Shown: positions 1 to 12,497, numbered from the stretch's first letter. The stretch is DNA of 64,000 bases from Lama guanicoe (GCA_013239625.1 MU054037.1:250001-314000), one strand, 5' to 3'. Notes: a model not told the origin generated them from the letters alone. Numbers and translations are program-made.

Positions 1-54
1 AAAACCCTTAGCATAAATACAGTATAGTGCATAGCAGACTAGACATGCTGGATA

Positions 55-272
55 CAGTCAGCTGTCCACATACACAGGTTTTGCACCTGCGGATTTAACC
101 AAATTGAATTTGATCAACTTTGATTCGCAGTTGGTTGAATCCGCTGATGTGAAATGCGCTGATTTGGAGAGCGGATTGTAGTCCTTGTACTACTCCATTT
201 TAAATAAGGGACTTGAACATCTGCAGATCTTGGTATCTGCCCGGGCTCCGGGAACAAATCCCCCCACCGGAT
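55..272. mobile_element. TcMar-Tigger non-autonomous DNA transposon (MER2/Tigger2a-like)
   Basis: TA then CAGTCAGCTGTCC...GCGGATTTAACCAA; inverted copy TTGGTTGAATCCGC...GATTG then TA at 131-180; MER2-like end GGGACTTGAACATCTGCAGATCTTGGTATC...AATCCCCC. Family assigned from recalled consensus. Confidence 0.7.
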
Positions 273-1009
273 GAACGTATTAGCCATCTTACCACTTTGC
301 AGGCCCAAGAGGAACTGTCTCGCCTAGATTGTGAAGTAAGTCAATAGTAGAGTATGGGAAGCTGGACTCCTAGTCTAGTGCTCTTTGCAGAACAGCAGGA
401 TGAGCTACAATTCGTGGGAAGCTTAGGCTGGGGGCTCCGTAGATTGAGTCATTTTCTAGTGATTTCTTGTCTCCTCGGTTGTGGAATAAGCCCCTAGGCA
501 GCTAGGAGAGTTCTAAATTTTTTTTTTTAACACAGCAGAGGACAGCAGGTGCTCAGCAAAGACTTGTCACTGTTCCTTGACATCTAAGAACCTTAGCAGA
601 TGTGTTTCCCATCAGCTTGTGCCATCATCAAAGCCTTTCATTACTTCACACACTCAGCCTGTTAACTGGGAACGTGCTCTGGCTGAAGATTCTGGCCGAG
701 GGCAGCTGACAAAAATCTCTTGTGTTCAGCCCAAGGAATGACCGCCCCACCTTCAGGTTTGCCCCAGGAATGTGGGAAGCTAGGCGTGGAGTGAGCAAGT
801 TCCAGGTCGGTTACTTGCTGGCTCGGTGACCTTGGGCAAGCAGTTTCCCCTCACGGAGTCCCCTGGTTCTTTTCTGTAATACTGAGGGGGTCTGGAGGAG
901 GTCAGGATGGTAGTACAGTGGGTTAGCTCTGAATCCATCTAGCAAAGTACTCTTCTTTCCACTTGCACAGGAACGTGCTTTGTTTTATCCACTCTACTTT
1001 CCACATTGC

Positions 1010-1172
1010 AGATAATCTTGTTTCTTTATTTGCTTGTTTATTTGTCTGTCTTCCTCACCAAAATGGAAGCTTCATGAGGGTAGGGGTCTTGTTTGTTTTA
1101 TTTTTGGCAGTAATGGGAGGGCCCAGCATATGCCTGCCAGTGAGCCAATGAATAAACCGGCTGAATGAGTGG
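1010..1172 (+). mobile_element. L2 3' end remnant
   Basis: TTGTTTATTTGTCTGTCTTCC...AAGCTTCATGAGGGTAGGGGTCTTGTTTG...GAATGAGTG, typical of the L2 terminus. Confidence 0.6.
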
Positions 1173-1179
1173 AATCTCA

Positions 1180-1520
1180 GAGCCTGAGTTCAAATCCTGA
1201 TTGTACGGATTTCTGTGTGACCTTGACCAAGCCATTTAATACACTTCAGTTTTCCCACTTGAAAAATTTGGATTAGTAACAGTATAGTAGCATAAAACTA
1301 TGAGGATCAAATGAGAGAAAAACTAGGAAGCATGAAGCATACTGGCTTGTATACAGATAATGACAGTAGCAAAATTTATGTAGCCCATGGGCCAGACACA
1401 GATCTAAACGCCTTACATACGTTAACTATATTAATCTTCTGTATGTCCTACGAAATAGACATTGTTTCGCGATTTTCAAGATGAACAAACTGGGGGACAG
1501 GGGTTAAGTAAGTTATATGC
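1180..1520. mobile_element. MIR remnants (two fragments)
   Basis: CCTGAGTTCAAATCCTG, TGTGACCTTGACCAAG, CAGTTTTCCCACTTGAAAAAT; second fragment GATGAACAAACTG...GGTTAAGTAA. Confidence 0.55.
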
Positions 1521-1539
1521 ACTCAAGACAAGTTAGCAG

Positions 1540-1697
1540 TTTTTTTGTCTTTTAACACCTTTATTGTGGTATGATTCCTGTACAGTAAACTACACATATT
1601 TCAGGTGTACAATTTGATAAATTTTGATAGATGTATATACAACAATGAAACCACCAGCACAATCAAGACAGCTAACATTTCCATCACTCCCCAAGAG
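1540..1697 (-). mobile_element. Old L1M (L1MB-like) 3' end
   Basis: CTTTATTGTGGTATGATT...CATATTTCAGGTGTACAATTTGAT...GAAACCACCAGCACAATCAAG...ACATTTCCATCACTCCCCAA, an antisense L1M 3'UTR pattern. Confidence 0.65.
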
Positions 1698-1708
1698 ATG
1701 CAAATTTC

Positions 1709-2092
1709 TTTTTTCTTTTTTTTTTTTATTGTTTCATAGGAAACCTGTATCTTGAGTTCATTTATTGAAGTAATGGGAGTGTGATTATTTTCTGTCTCAT
1801 CCTTTGGCTATTGGGTTTTTTTTTTTAATTCTTTGGTTGATTATGTATTTGTACAGATTTTTTTAACATTTTTTTATTGATTTATAATCGTTTTACAATG
1901 TTGTGTCAAATTCCAGTGTTCAGCACAATTTTTCAGTCATTCATGGACATATACACACTCATTGTCACATTTTTTTCTCTGTGATTTATCATAACATTTT
2001 GTGTATATTTCCCTGTGCTATACAGTGTAATCTTGTTTATCTATTCTACAATTTTGAAATCCCAGTCTATCCCTTCCCACCCTCTACCCCCA
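1709..2092 (-). mobile_element. Young 5'-truncated L1 (camelid-type 3'UTR at ~1858-2092) with extra 3' sequence and poly(A) tail
   Basis: Perfect 16-bp direct repeat AAGAGATGCAAATTTC at 1693-1708 and 2093-2108; T-tract 1709-1727; L1 3'UTR motifs TTTATTGATTTATAATC...TTTACAATGTTGTGTC...CCCTGTGCTATACAGTG. Confidence 0.85.
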
Positions 2093-2149
2093 AAGAGATG
2101 CAAATTTCGAATTCTCAGTTGGTTATTTTTTAATGCCTAAGGTTGCCTC

Positions 2150-3300
2150 CCAGGTCCCCGTGGGCGACCCATCTGAAGGACCAGAAGGCGCACCGGGCCA
2201 ATCTCCCGCCCAGCCCCCGGGTGGGCCCGGACCTAAAGGGTTACTGGGACCGCGCGCTTGTTATCTGTCGGAGGTCCGCGGGTCCGCGGGTCCGCGGGCC
2301 CGCGCACCCGGCTCACAATGCCGCGGGGCGGGGGCGGCGGGGCGCTTCCTCGCCTCCCATAGGCACACACGCCCCTTCCTGTCAAGGCCCGGCCCGGCCC
2401 CGCCCCCTATCACCGCCCGGTGCCTGGGCGCCGCGGGAGTGGACGGTTCCAGACGCATGCTAATAAGGGGGCGGTCACGGCAGCCTATTGGCCGGCTGCG
2501 GAGTGTCGGTGAAGTCAGCGCCGAGTCCCAGAAAAACAGAGCGGGGCCAACAGCAGTGTGTAGTGCGAGTGGGGCAGGACGCGCGCCGGCGGCCCGCCCG
2601 CCCGGAGACCCGCAAGGTAAGCCCGCGCTAGCCGCCCGCCGGTCTGCGCTCGCCGGATCGGCGGCGCCAGCGCCGGGGGCGTGCGCTGGCCCGGCCCCCG
2701 CGGGCGGCGCCTTTGTTCCGCACTCGGAGGAGGCGCGTTTAAAGGGCCAGCTGTTGGGAGGACTTGGGGGACCCCCTCCCCCAGAGCATCCCCTGTGATC
2801 ACAGGGAAAACCGTGGCCCCTCTCGGCCGAACCCTCCTTCCTACCTGCTTGGTGGATCCCCAGTCTTTAAAGGAAAGTTCCCCAGGGTGCGGGGGTTTCG
2901 GGGGGTTCCAGTTTTTGGGTGTTTTTCCGTGGGTAGGGGTACGTGCGATCATGGCCTCTGCTGGGAGAGAGCGTCCGCCTGTTTCAGGCTGCCTGCAATA
3001 TGGGTGGGTGGAGGAGACATCAGAGCCTGGGTGGGTTTGCGTTGTAAAGTGAAACTACCGAGGAGGGGCTCCTCTGCAGCAGCCAGAGGAAGAAGGAGGG
3101 AGCGAGCGGCGGGATGGAGGCATCTCAGGTGTGTTCATTCATCAGCATCCCTCCGGAGAAGAGGGCGGCGGAAGGGGCGCAAGGACGACCGATCTGGCCT
3201 AGAACCCGCCGGAATGTGCGAGTACGTGTGTGTGGGTGTCTGTCTGTCCGTCCGGGACGCCGGTGCCTGCATATCCATGTTCCTTCATCCGCCAGAGTGA
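2150..3300. promoter_or_regulatory. SORBS1: CpG-island promoter (GC boxes, CCAAT boxes)
   Basis: Very high GC and CpG density against CpG-depleted flanks; GGGGCGGGG 2325-2333; CCCCGCCCC ~2398-2406; CCAAT 2198-2202; ATTGG 2487-2491; GGTCCGCG tandem ~2273-2296. Confidence 0.9.
2555..2616 (+). other. SORBS1: Non-coding exon 1 (5'UTR); start approximate
   Basis: Strong donor AAG|GTAAGC at 2616/2617 inside the CpG island; AGTGCGAGTGGGGC...GCCCGCCCGCCCGG...GCAAG resembles the recalled 5' end of human SORBS1 mRNA (memory, not a search). Confidence 0.8.
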
Positions 3301-6300
3301 TTGGCATCATCTTGCTAGCCAGCTCATCACCAAGATGGACAGAAAGCAAGTCCTTTCTCCGAATTGCTCGGGCATCCTGGGCTCTCCTTTGGCGGCTTTC
3401 CGAGGGGGCTTCCTTGATAAGCGCTAGCGCCATTCAAGATAGAGGGAAAAGGAGGCTTGAAGTCATTACGCTTCTTTCACGGGGAATTTGCTGTCGAATT
3501 CTGCATCCCCGTGCATCCGCTGTCGTAAGATGGCTTTGAAATTCACCAGTGCATGCTTTCTTCAGGCAGACAGAATTTATTACGCTATTTCATTGATACA
3601 TAAAAGCAGAAAAAATCCCACTGAGCGAGGCTCGTTTTATCCAGACCCTGGATTTTCCCAGCATGTTCTGGCTGAGTCTTTGGATTTTTGTTTCAAACTG
3701 AGCTCTGGGATGCCCCTGTTGTCACAGGGCCGACCTGCTGAAACTGCCGGAATTGATTTCACCCTCAGTAGGAGGGAGGTTCATTCAGAGACATCATGGA
3801 ACCTATCTGGCATGTCAGGCCTCTGACATCCTCCTCTCCGTGTGCCCTTTTCTCTCCTTAATGAAGGCAAGGAAGGGCTTTTCTGTCTCAATGCGACTCC
3901 TTGGTTTTTGAGATCCTTTGGATTCAATTTTGTGTTTTTGATTGGCAAGGTGGCTTGGTGGTGATAGAAGAGAGGGGGGTGGATTAAGAGTGGGATGGGC
4001 AGCAGATGGGGACTGCAGCATCAGTGACAGGAAACACACACCGGACATTTGGGGACTCCAGATCTCCAGCCCTTAGAGACATTGGTGAAACAGTCAATGG
4101 CTGTCTGTGGAGTGAGGTGGGGAGGGGGGAGTCGCTGAGGGAGGGGTGGAGGAGGGGGAGGATGCTGCCAGCAGTTTTCTGCCCCACCCTCTTGATGCTG
4201 CCTTAAATAGCTCCTTGCCATCCAAGCTCTGAAGTCTCAGACTCTTGGCCTTGGCCTGAGGGCATGGCAGGGAGGGATTGGTCTGTTGGTACCTCTGCCC
4301 AGGGCGCTGTTAGAGTGGATGGTTAGGAAAGGGTGCATTCTCCAAGGGTTGCATAGAGCTCATTTCTCTGCTGGAGGGCGCTGAGATGAACTAGCTGTGG
4401 TGTCTTCCTGGCAGGGTATTAGCAGCTGAAAAGAGATGCTTTCTACCCCATAGGGTGAAGAGCTGGGAGGGCACTGTCATGTCTGCTTGACACTTACCCA
4501 CTATGGGTCCTTTCCTCCTTTCGCCTGCTTTCTTTAATTCTAGTTGGAGAATTTCTGTGAACTTTTCTGAAGGTACTGGGAGGGAATATTGGGAGGTGAG
4601 GTAGGAGTTATGGGAAAGGATGAACAGATGCTTCTTATTGGCAGAACAAAGAACTGTGTGGCTCTCCCCTCACCTCCCCTCTCCAAAATAGAGTTCCATA
4701 TAGATAGCAGAGGATGGGGTTTTCTCTGCAGAGAGTGAATGGGCAGGAAAGAAAGCTAGTATGAAGCAGCATTGGGCATCATCTGGTCACCCAACCTTAG
4801 CTCTGGACCTTTCCAGACATGGAAATAGATTTGCTGTAGAGGACACTCACTAGTAATTTGGGGTTTAATCTGTCTCCCAGAAAAAGAAAACGGATGGTCT
4901 CAAAAAGCTTTGGTGGAGGTGCTCCGGACCAGAAGGAGAACAGCTGGCTTTGATCCTAGCCACCAACCTGCTTTGGGCCTTGGGCTAGTGGCTTTTGTCC
5001 TTGTTGGGAAAGTGGAAGGCTTTGGAGCGGATAGTTTTCTAGGGTTCCTGACAGCACTGCTGTTCTTAGATTCACAAGTCCAGTTTGTAATGGCATTTCT
5101 AGATTCTTTTCTGTTTGCTAAGTTGATGTTAAATTCACAGTATGCTTGATGGCACGAAAGAAGTGTTCTAAGACTCAAGCTTCTGTTGGATTCAGATTCA
5201 TCTGTTCCTTGATTAGTGTGATTTGTGAGGTTTTACTGTATCCAAATGATTCAGAGCTGGAACAGCCCAGAATGAAAGACACAGCCCCGGGGGGTGGGGT
5301 GAGTGGTTGGGGATGACAGAATACTGAGGAGATGGAATTTCTATACTTCACTCTCTCTTCCTGTGTATGTTTAACTCACTGCTTTCTTTATGGTTATACA
5401 GGTGAAAGATTAGGTATTTTGAACCTGAGAGTGAGAATAGACCTCTGTGATTGCCAGGTTCAACATTGCTCATGGAGGAATTCTGTGGCTTGGCCTTTTG
5501 TTCAAGGTCACAGCTAGCAAGATGCAGTGCTAGGGAAGGGACCCAGGTGGATAGAGTCTAGGTCTCGTGTCCTAGGTGTATCTCTTAAGCCTTCTTGTCT
5601 TCTGAGAGAAATGATGCTAAGATAGGGTAGAAAAAAGCAAGAAGAAATTAGGGAGAGGTTGGAAAAACAGACCTGGTAGGAGGCTGTGGGCAGGTCAGGT
5701 AAGGAAGGAGAAAACACGGACTCCAGGCTTTGAGGAAGAAGGGATGGAGCTGGAAGGGGGAGGGTCTGACAGCTGTGAAATCGCAGGTTTCTGCAGCCCT
5801 TAGAGTGAAATAAGTAACGAGAGGCTTGGCTTAGACAAGGGTTGGGGCTGGTGGACAGAGAGTCCAGTCTCAGGCTGGGAGTGACTTGGAGTCCCCTTGG
5901 GATCTCTCTGTTGACCCTCAGACTGCAGTGTGTGGTTGAGGCTGATTCTATTTCAAGGCCAACTGAGGCCTTTGGAGTCAGTGGAGCAGGCAGAACTTAA
6001 ACATGTGGAGAGTCACGTGTGCTGGAGTGATGCTGGAGAATGCTGAGGTGAGAACCAGTTCTGGTGAAGTTTCAGTTTTTAAATTTTTCTTTTAAATGCA
6101 AAACTAAAAAGAGTTTTCCATGGAATTTCTTTTCAAATCAAACAGCATTTTCTCCTCTGGCTCTCGTCAATGCTTTGTCCTTTTTTTAAAATTGTGTTTT
6201 ATGTGATAGAGTTTCATGCATTTTCTTTCCAGAGGAGATACTTGGAGATGACTGATTTACTGAACTGTAGCTCATCTGGAGGGAGCTTCTGGCTTAGGAC

Positions 6301-8182
6301 CTGAGCTAAAGCCTCGGAATGTTTCAATGAGCAATTGAAGAGCTGTGAACAGTGGTTAACCAGCTCAGTAACCATTCAAAGGCAAGGATAAAAGGTGATA
6401 ATACTTTGAAATCTATACCCCAGGCCAACAGCTGGCCGTGTACAATGTAATTTACTTTGACCTAGGCAGTGTCTCTCTGGATCCTTGAGTTGTGTATGGT
6501 TTCACATTTGTGTCTGTGTGTCCCTGTGTCTCACTGTCTTCTCATCCTTTTTTTTCCCCACATCTCCCTCTATACATTCCTTTTTCTTTCCTCCTATTGT
6601 ATCTTTCTCTTTGCCCTCCTCCCCCATCCTTTGTTTACTGTCGATAACATAGCTCCATAATGTATTATATTATTCAAATTTTATCTTCTCTGTACTTAAT
6701 ATGAAATCAGTTGAGTGCACTTTTTTGAATGTGTGTGTATATGTGTTTTACATGACAAACAAACAAACCAAACCCAATTAAATCGCTTTTTACTTCTGTG
6801 TGGCCTTCCATTGATTTTTCTCCCCCACTCCTCTTCTGTGGTCAGCTGTGGCCCTTTATAGAAAAAAAAAATTTCCCAGCTCACTGTCATGTGGTTATTA
6901 TTGTTTTTATAACAAAAACAGCTACAACAATAGAAAAGGTTTCCACCCCTTTATTGTGGACACAAGGGACACCCTCTCCCAAGAGATGTGCCCTATTTCT
7001 TGACTTCCTTCCATGGAAAGAGTGTCTGCAGTGGATTCTCTAACAGAGGCCCATACTGTAAGGGGTTGGGGTTGGGGGAAGCTGATGGTAGTGCTGGGGT
7101 TTTTGTCAGTGATTCTGGTAATGCTTAGACTGGGGGTTTGAGGGGAGATGGGTGGGCTTATGGCCAAGAGAGGACATCTAGGAAAAATTCAGCCTGGTGC
7201 TTTTTCTTTATTTCCCCAGGCTGAGCTACTCCACCTGGCAGTAGAGGGACCCAGACCCCTTTGGAAAAGAATGAGATGCTTCTCAGCTTTCCCATTAGTG
7301 TTGGGGACCCAGGCAGTGTCTTGTGGTGACACAGGGAAGTACTGACAGGTTGCTGATGTGAAGCCCCAGGTGCTTTGATGGAAGCATGCTATAGCGCTTT
7401 AAACTTTCTTCTGACTCTTATTAATGACAGAGAAGATTGGGTCTAGATGCTCAGTGGTCTGGGTAGTTTAGTGTCTAAAGTGGGCCTCTCAAACAAGAAG
7501 TCACCCTGAAGTCTCCAGTTATGTTAAAAATTCACATGAATTTTGTATTTTGTTCTATAGTACATCTGTGTCAATTTTAGCATTAAAGTATGTAAACTGC
7601 CTTACTGTTGAGTACAGTCGATGATCCAGGAAAACGTGTCGGTCTTGGGTCCTCACTTGGCCATGCCCGTCCTGAGTATGTGCAGCAGGTCCTGTGCCCC
7701 AGCCAGAAAAGCCAGCAGCACAGCAGGCATCAAACCTGTGCTATTGGGAACTGCTCGCCCAGCCTTTCCTGCTGGCTCTGCCAAATCCACTGACGTCCCA
7801 GGCGTTCAGAACTCTTCCAGGTTCCCCCTGGTCTTTGTTCCCTCACCAGAGGGCCTCTTCCTCCTTTGCCTGGCTGACTCCCACTCCTTTCAGCTGCCCC
7901 TCACATCTTAAAGAGGTGCTTTCTCTCTGTGTTTGCCTTGCAGCAATAGCTGGTTGCCTGTCTATCTTTTCTACCAGATTGTGAGATCTGGCAAGAGAGA
8001 ATTTGTTTTTCATCGCTTTTCAAATTAAATTTTAATTTGTATCAGAGTCATATATATACATACACACACACAGACATACATATATAGATGGTTTTAAAAG
8101 TCAGATAACACTGCAAGACTTATAAAGAAGGCTGTGTCACTCCACATCCTGGTGATCCACTCCGCAGAGTTAGTCACTGAAT

Positions 8183-8707
8183 ATGATTCTCTGTTGCTGC
8201 AGTAATAAATTACCACCAATGCAGTGACTTAAAGCAACACAAATTTATATTACAGTTCTGTGAATTAGAAGTCTGAAAAGGGTCTCACTGGGCTAAAATC
8301 AAGGTGGTAGCAGGGCTGCGTTCCCTCCCGGGAAGAATCTGTTTCCCCTTGCGTCTTCCACTTTCTGGAGGCCAACTGCATTCCTTGGCTCATGGCCCCC
8401 TTCCAGCATCTTCAAAGTCAGCAATGGCTGGTTGAGTCATCCCAGACATCACTGGCCTTCTGACATAGTCACGTCTTCCTGACTCCTTTCTCCTTATTCT
8501 TCCCTCTTCCACTTTGAAGGATGCTGGTGATTATGTGGGGCTTCCCTGGATAATCTAGGATAATCTCCCTGTTCTAAGTTCATTTGATTAGCAATCTTAA
8601 TTCCATTTGCAACCTTGATTCCCCTTTTCTGTGTACCACGTTTATGGGTTTGGGGATTAGGATATGGTCATCTTCATCTTTGAGGGGCCATTATTCTGCC
8701 TACCGTA
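8183..8707 (-). mobile_element. MaLR solo LTR (MLT1D-like)
   Basis: GCTGCAGTAATAAATTACCAC...GGGCTAAAATCAAGGTG...GGATAATCTAGGATAATCTCCC...GGGGCCATTATTCTGCCTACC is the reverse of the recalled MLT1D start GGTAGGCAGAATAATGGCCCC. Confidence 0.8.
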
Positions 8708-8709
8708 GC

Positions 8710-10100
8710 TGCTTCCAGCCCTTTTAGCTGTTTCTCCTGATAGTGCTGTTGTCCTACGGTGGATTAGGGGAGGCCCTATTCCCCTCCCCTCTCCTCGCCT
8801 CTCCACATACTTCCTTTCCTTCCTGTCCTCCTTCTGATGTGGTTATGTCACAGGTTTTGATTACACTGATAGGCAATACTTAGATCATTTTGACCGTGTA
8901 GTGTTCATGCCTGAGCCTTTTGGTTGTACTGTAATGAATTCCTTTCTTGTACATATTTTTTCGGACATTAATAATTGCTTTTTTTCCTGCCTATTTATTT
9001 AGTTTCCTTTGTACTTATTACTAATTCCCAGAGTTTCTGATAGCGTTTTAAAACATCTCTGCTTTCTAACACATTTTTATTTTGTTACAATTTTCTTCCC
9101 TTGGAGACCACCCTCCCAGAGGTCTCCATCCCTCTCCTATATTCTGGGCTGATTGACCTCTAGGCCTAGGGCATGACTCACCCTGGGGATTCCCTCACCT
9201 TGCTCTGAGTTGAATCCTCTGTGTCCAACTTCTTGATTTTTTCCTCAGGAGTTTCTGAGAGAGGGACTGTGCAAGTTTATCTCAAACTTGTGTGTCTGAA
9301 CTGTTTTTATTCTGCCTTCACACTTGGTTGGTGGTTTGATTTGTCCAGAATTTTAGGTTGAAAGCCAGTTTCCCTTAGAGTTTTGAAGGCATTGCTCCAC
9401 TGTCTCCTCTGTTCTGATACTGATGTCAACATTTGGATACCATTCTGATTCTTGATCGCTTATGGGTAAGCTGCTTTTTTCTTGCTGAAAGTTTTAGGAT
9501 CCTCTCTCTTTCCTGTATATGGATTGTTCTTGCTTTAAAAATTTATCGTGCTGGGTCCTTTTGATCTGAAGACCACATCCTTCAGCTTGGGGACATTTTC
9601 TTGTATTTTTTTGTTAATTTCCTTTTCTCCACTTTGTGTTTTGTTCTTGGAACTCCTATTAGTTGGATGTTGGACATCCTGGGCCGAGTTTGTACTTCTA
9701 ATCTCTTATCTCTTGTTTTCCATTTTATTTTTGTTTCACTCTTTGAGAGACATCATCAGCTTTATCTTAATAACCCTTTTGAATTTTTTATTTATGCTTT
9801 CATGGTTTTGCATGAAATGTTTTACTTTCCAGAATTTCCTAGTTCTCTGAAGGCTGACTTTTCTTTCTTTTTTAAATAGCGTCTTGTCTCATGGGTGCAG
9901 TAAGTTCAGTTATATTTGTTTTGTTTTATTTTTTGGTGTTTTTCTGCTTTCCCTGCATTGTCTTTGTTTCCTCCAAGTCCCTTTTTCTGCTGCTTCTGGT
10001 TCTTGTATTTCCCATTAGAACTGTCCTTCCATGTATGCTGATCCTTGACTGTTTACATTTTAAGAGCGGACGCCAAATGCTTTTGGGCATCAGTGCGACA
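8710..10100 (-). mobile_element. Ancient L1M/HAL1-like fragment(s)
   Basis: T-rich strand with TGTCTGAA...TTTATTCTGCCTTCACACTTG...AGAATTTTAGGTTG...GAAGGCATTGCTCCACTGTCT, typical of degraded antisense L1. Boundaries approximate. Confidence 0.55.
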
Positions 10101-12289
10101 AGGATGGGGCTTGTGAACCTTGTAAGGTGATCCAGCAGGGAACCCCTCTTTTTTTCCACTAGGAACACCTCGATGTCAGTGCCTGTAGCTCTTTTCTCTG
10201 GAGGTAGTAGGTTTTCCCTGAAGAGGAGTTTGCCTAGGGGTGTAACAGCCTGTTCGTTGCTTCTTCTGGGAGCCTCGATGGGGAAGGAGGCTGGGTACCC
10301 TGTTTAGTATGCAGACTTTCACTCAATCCATCTGTGTTCTGAAATTTGCCAACCCCTTCCCCACCTCCCTCAGCTGTGTCCCTCCCTCAGCTGTGTCTGA
10401 ATCCACAGTCTCTGCTGTAATTTGCCTGAAAAGTGAACCTCCACCTCCTGCCGGCTGAGAGACCGAGCAGATTGCAGGCGGGACCCTGGAGTCTGATTGC
10501 CCCTTGCACCAACTTCTAGCAGGCTCCCCTCTTTCTAGCCCCCTCCTGCTTCTCCCCTCACAGTCCTGGTGCCTCCCGTTCCTGGCCCTTTTGTTTCTGG
10601 GGCATAGGTCACCATTCGTTCGGTGGTTTCCTCCCCTACTTACCCTTAGCAGAGCAGATGAAGCAGAAACCTGAATCAGCTACCACATGGCAGTTGGTGC
10701 TGCCTTCCAGAGTTCTGCTGACAAATCTCGTCTGCTATTGTCTCCTTTCCATTAAAAAACAAGTTTCTCTGCTGTCCTTTTTGTGGGGTTCTTGGAGAGA
10801 GCGGAGATAAATACGTGTGTTTATCATATTTATGATATGTGATTTGCTTCATCTCTTCATCCAAGCCTTTAAACAGGTGCCTGATATATAGTATATTCCC
10901 CAGAAATGTTTGTTAAATGCTTGGATGCATGCTTCTTAGATGGTATGCAGACAGTTAATCATCAGATTTCAAGAGAGTCCCAAACATACAATCATACAAA
11001 AAACATACAAAAATAAATCCGTTGTTTATTCTGAGATGATGTCATAACGAGCAGCGAGCAGATCCTGCCCCTCTCCCTGTGCAGTGTCGGACAAGAAGCA
11101 CCGTGAGATGGTCTGATAGTGATGAGGCTCAGGTGCTATCTCCAGGCCCATCACTAACTACCTGGGTCACCTTGAGAAGTCACTTAACCTGCCTGGGTTG
11201 TGAATTCCCCAGCCTTCGAGGGAGCTGTTGGTCAAGATTTGATTCAGGTCACTGCACTGAGTGCCTGCTGTGCTCAAGGCCAAGTGCAGGGTCCCTCCAG
11301 GTAGCTCTAGGTCAGTGTTTTGTACGTGTGTTTGTTCCGGCATGTGTCACAGTGAATTGGTCATGTTTGGTTTCTGTGTCTTTCTCTTGATCGTAGCTCA
11401 GTGACTTGCACAGGGTAAGTACTCTGCAAATTTGACCCATTACTTTTTTTAGACTGTAGGCTCCTTGGAAGGGCTAGAGCTGTCTTTGTATCTCCTGTGT
11501 CTTCCACGGCCCTTGGCTCATAGGAGATGTGTGGAAAATGTTAGATTTGTCCACTTAGAAAGAGTACATCAAGGAAATATGAAGATGGAATTTGCTCTGC
11601 CGGGATCCCCAAACCTTGCTTGAGAACAAGGCCTCACTCATTGGGAGCTGTTCTCTTCCCGACTCACTTATGGAGGTGGGAGGTGGGGGCTTGAATGTTT
11701 TAGGTCAGCGGAGAGAGCAGTTCTGGGCCGCAGCCCTGACACTAAAAAAGTTGTTCCCACCAAACAGATCAGGTCATATAGGTCATTTAATCAGCCCCCA
11801 CAGTGTTACGAATTAAGATTGGACTCATCCTAAGAAGATGAATTACAGATATAATCCTGTGTTTGCAGTGTTTTAAACTGTTTAAGTGCTTTTTCATAAC
11901 TTGTTTTGGTTTTCCCAGACCGGGAGCTAGTGTGCCAGGACTAGTAAGTAGAAATTTCAGGGAGACAGACTTAGCTCCATAGAACTTTTAGAAGCTGTTG
12001 TTCCAGAGCTTTTCATCTTGAGAGCTCCTCCCTCCCATACTGCTTTGGAAGGCCTGAGCTCCTTGTCAGGCTGAGGTTAGATGTGCATTAAGCAAGGAAC
12101 CCGCCGAGCCAATGCTTATGTGGTGATGAAGTCATGTTAGAGCACCTGAAAGGTCCTTTGCTTTTGGTTTGTTGGACAAATAGTTACTGAGCTCAGCCAT
12201 AGATGGGGGTCTGTGCTGGGTCTTGGGAGTATAGTGGTGACCAAAGAGAAACCACACCTGCTATCCTGGAGTTTATAGACCAGATATGG

Positions 12290-12497
12290 GCTTTCTGATA
12301 TGGTAGACACTAGCCATGTGTGACTATTTGTTTAAATTAATTAAAATGAAATGCAATTTAAAATTCATTTTCTCTTTCTTGGTCACACTAGCCACATTTC
12401 AGGTGCTCCAGAGCCACAGGAGGCCAGTGGCTGCCACGTGGACAACACAGATAAAGAACGTTTCTATCACCTCAGGATGCTCTCTTAGTTAACGCTG
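12290..12497. mobile_element. MER3 (hAT-Charlie) MITE
   Basis: ATATGGTAGACACTAGCCATGTG...AAATTAATTAAAATGAAAT...GTCACACTAGCCACATTTCAGGTGCTC...GTGGCTGCCACGTGGACAACACAG. Confidence 0.75.

Noticed and set aside
2133..2798. 221-aa ORF and overlapping ORFs across the CpG island
   Set aside because: Pro/Gly/Ala/Arg-rich, low complexity, open in several frames because GC-rich DNA has few stops; it reads through the exon-1 donor; no recognisable domain.
1218..5510. ERR-type TCAAGGTCA/TGACCTTGA sites at 1218-1226 and 5502-5510
   Set aside because: They match the MIR core sequence, which carries this motif in very many copies; uninformative alone.
9548..10130. Hydrophobic 'membrane protein-like' ORFs
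   Set aside because: Phe/Leu richness comes from the T-rich antisense strand of a degraded L1.
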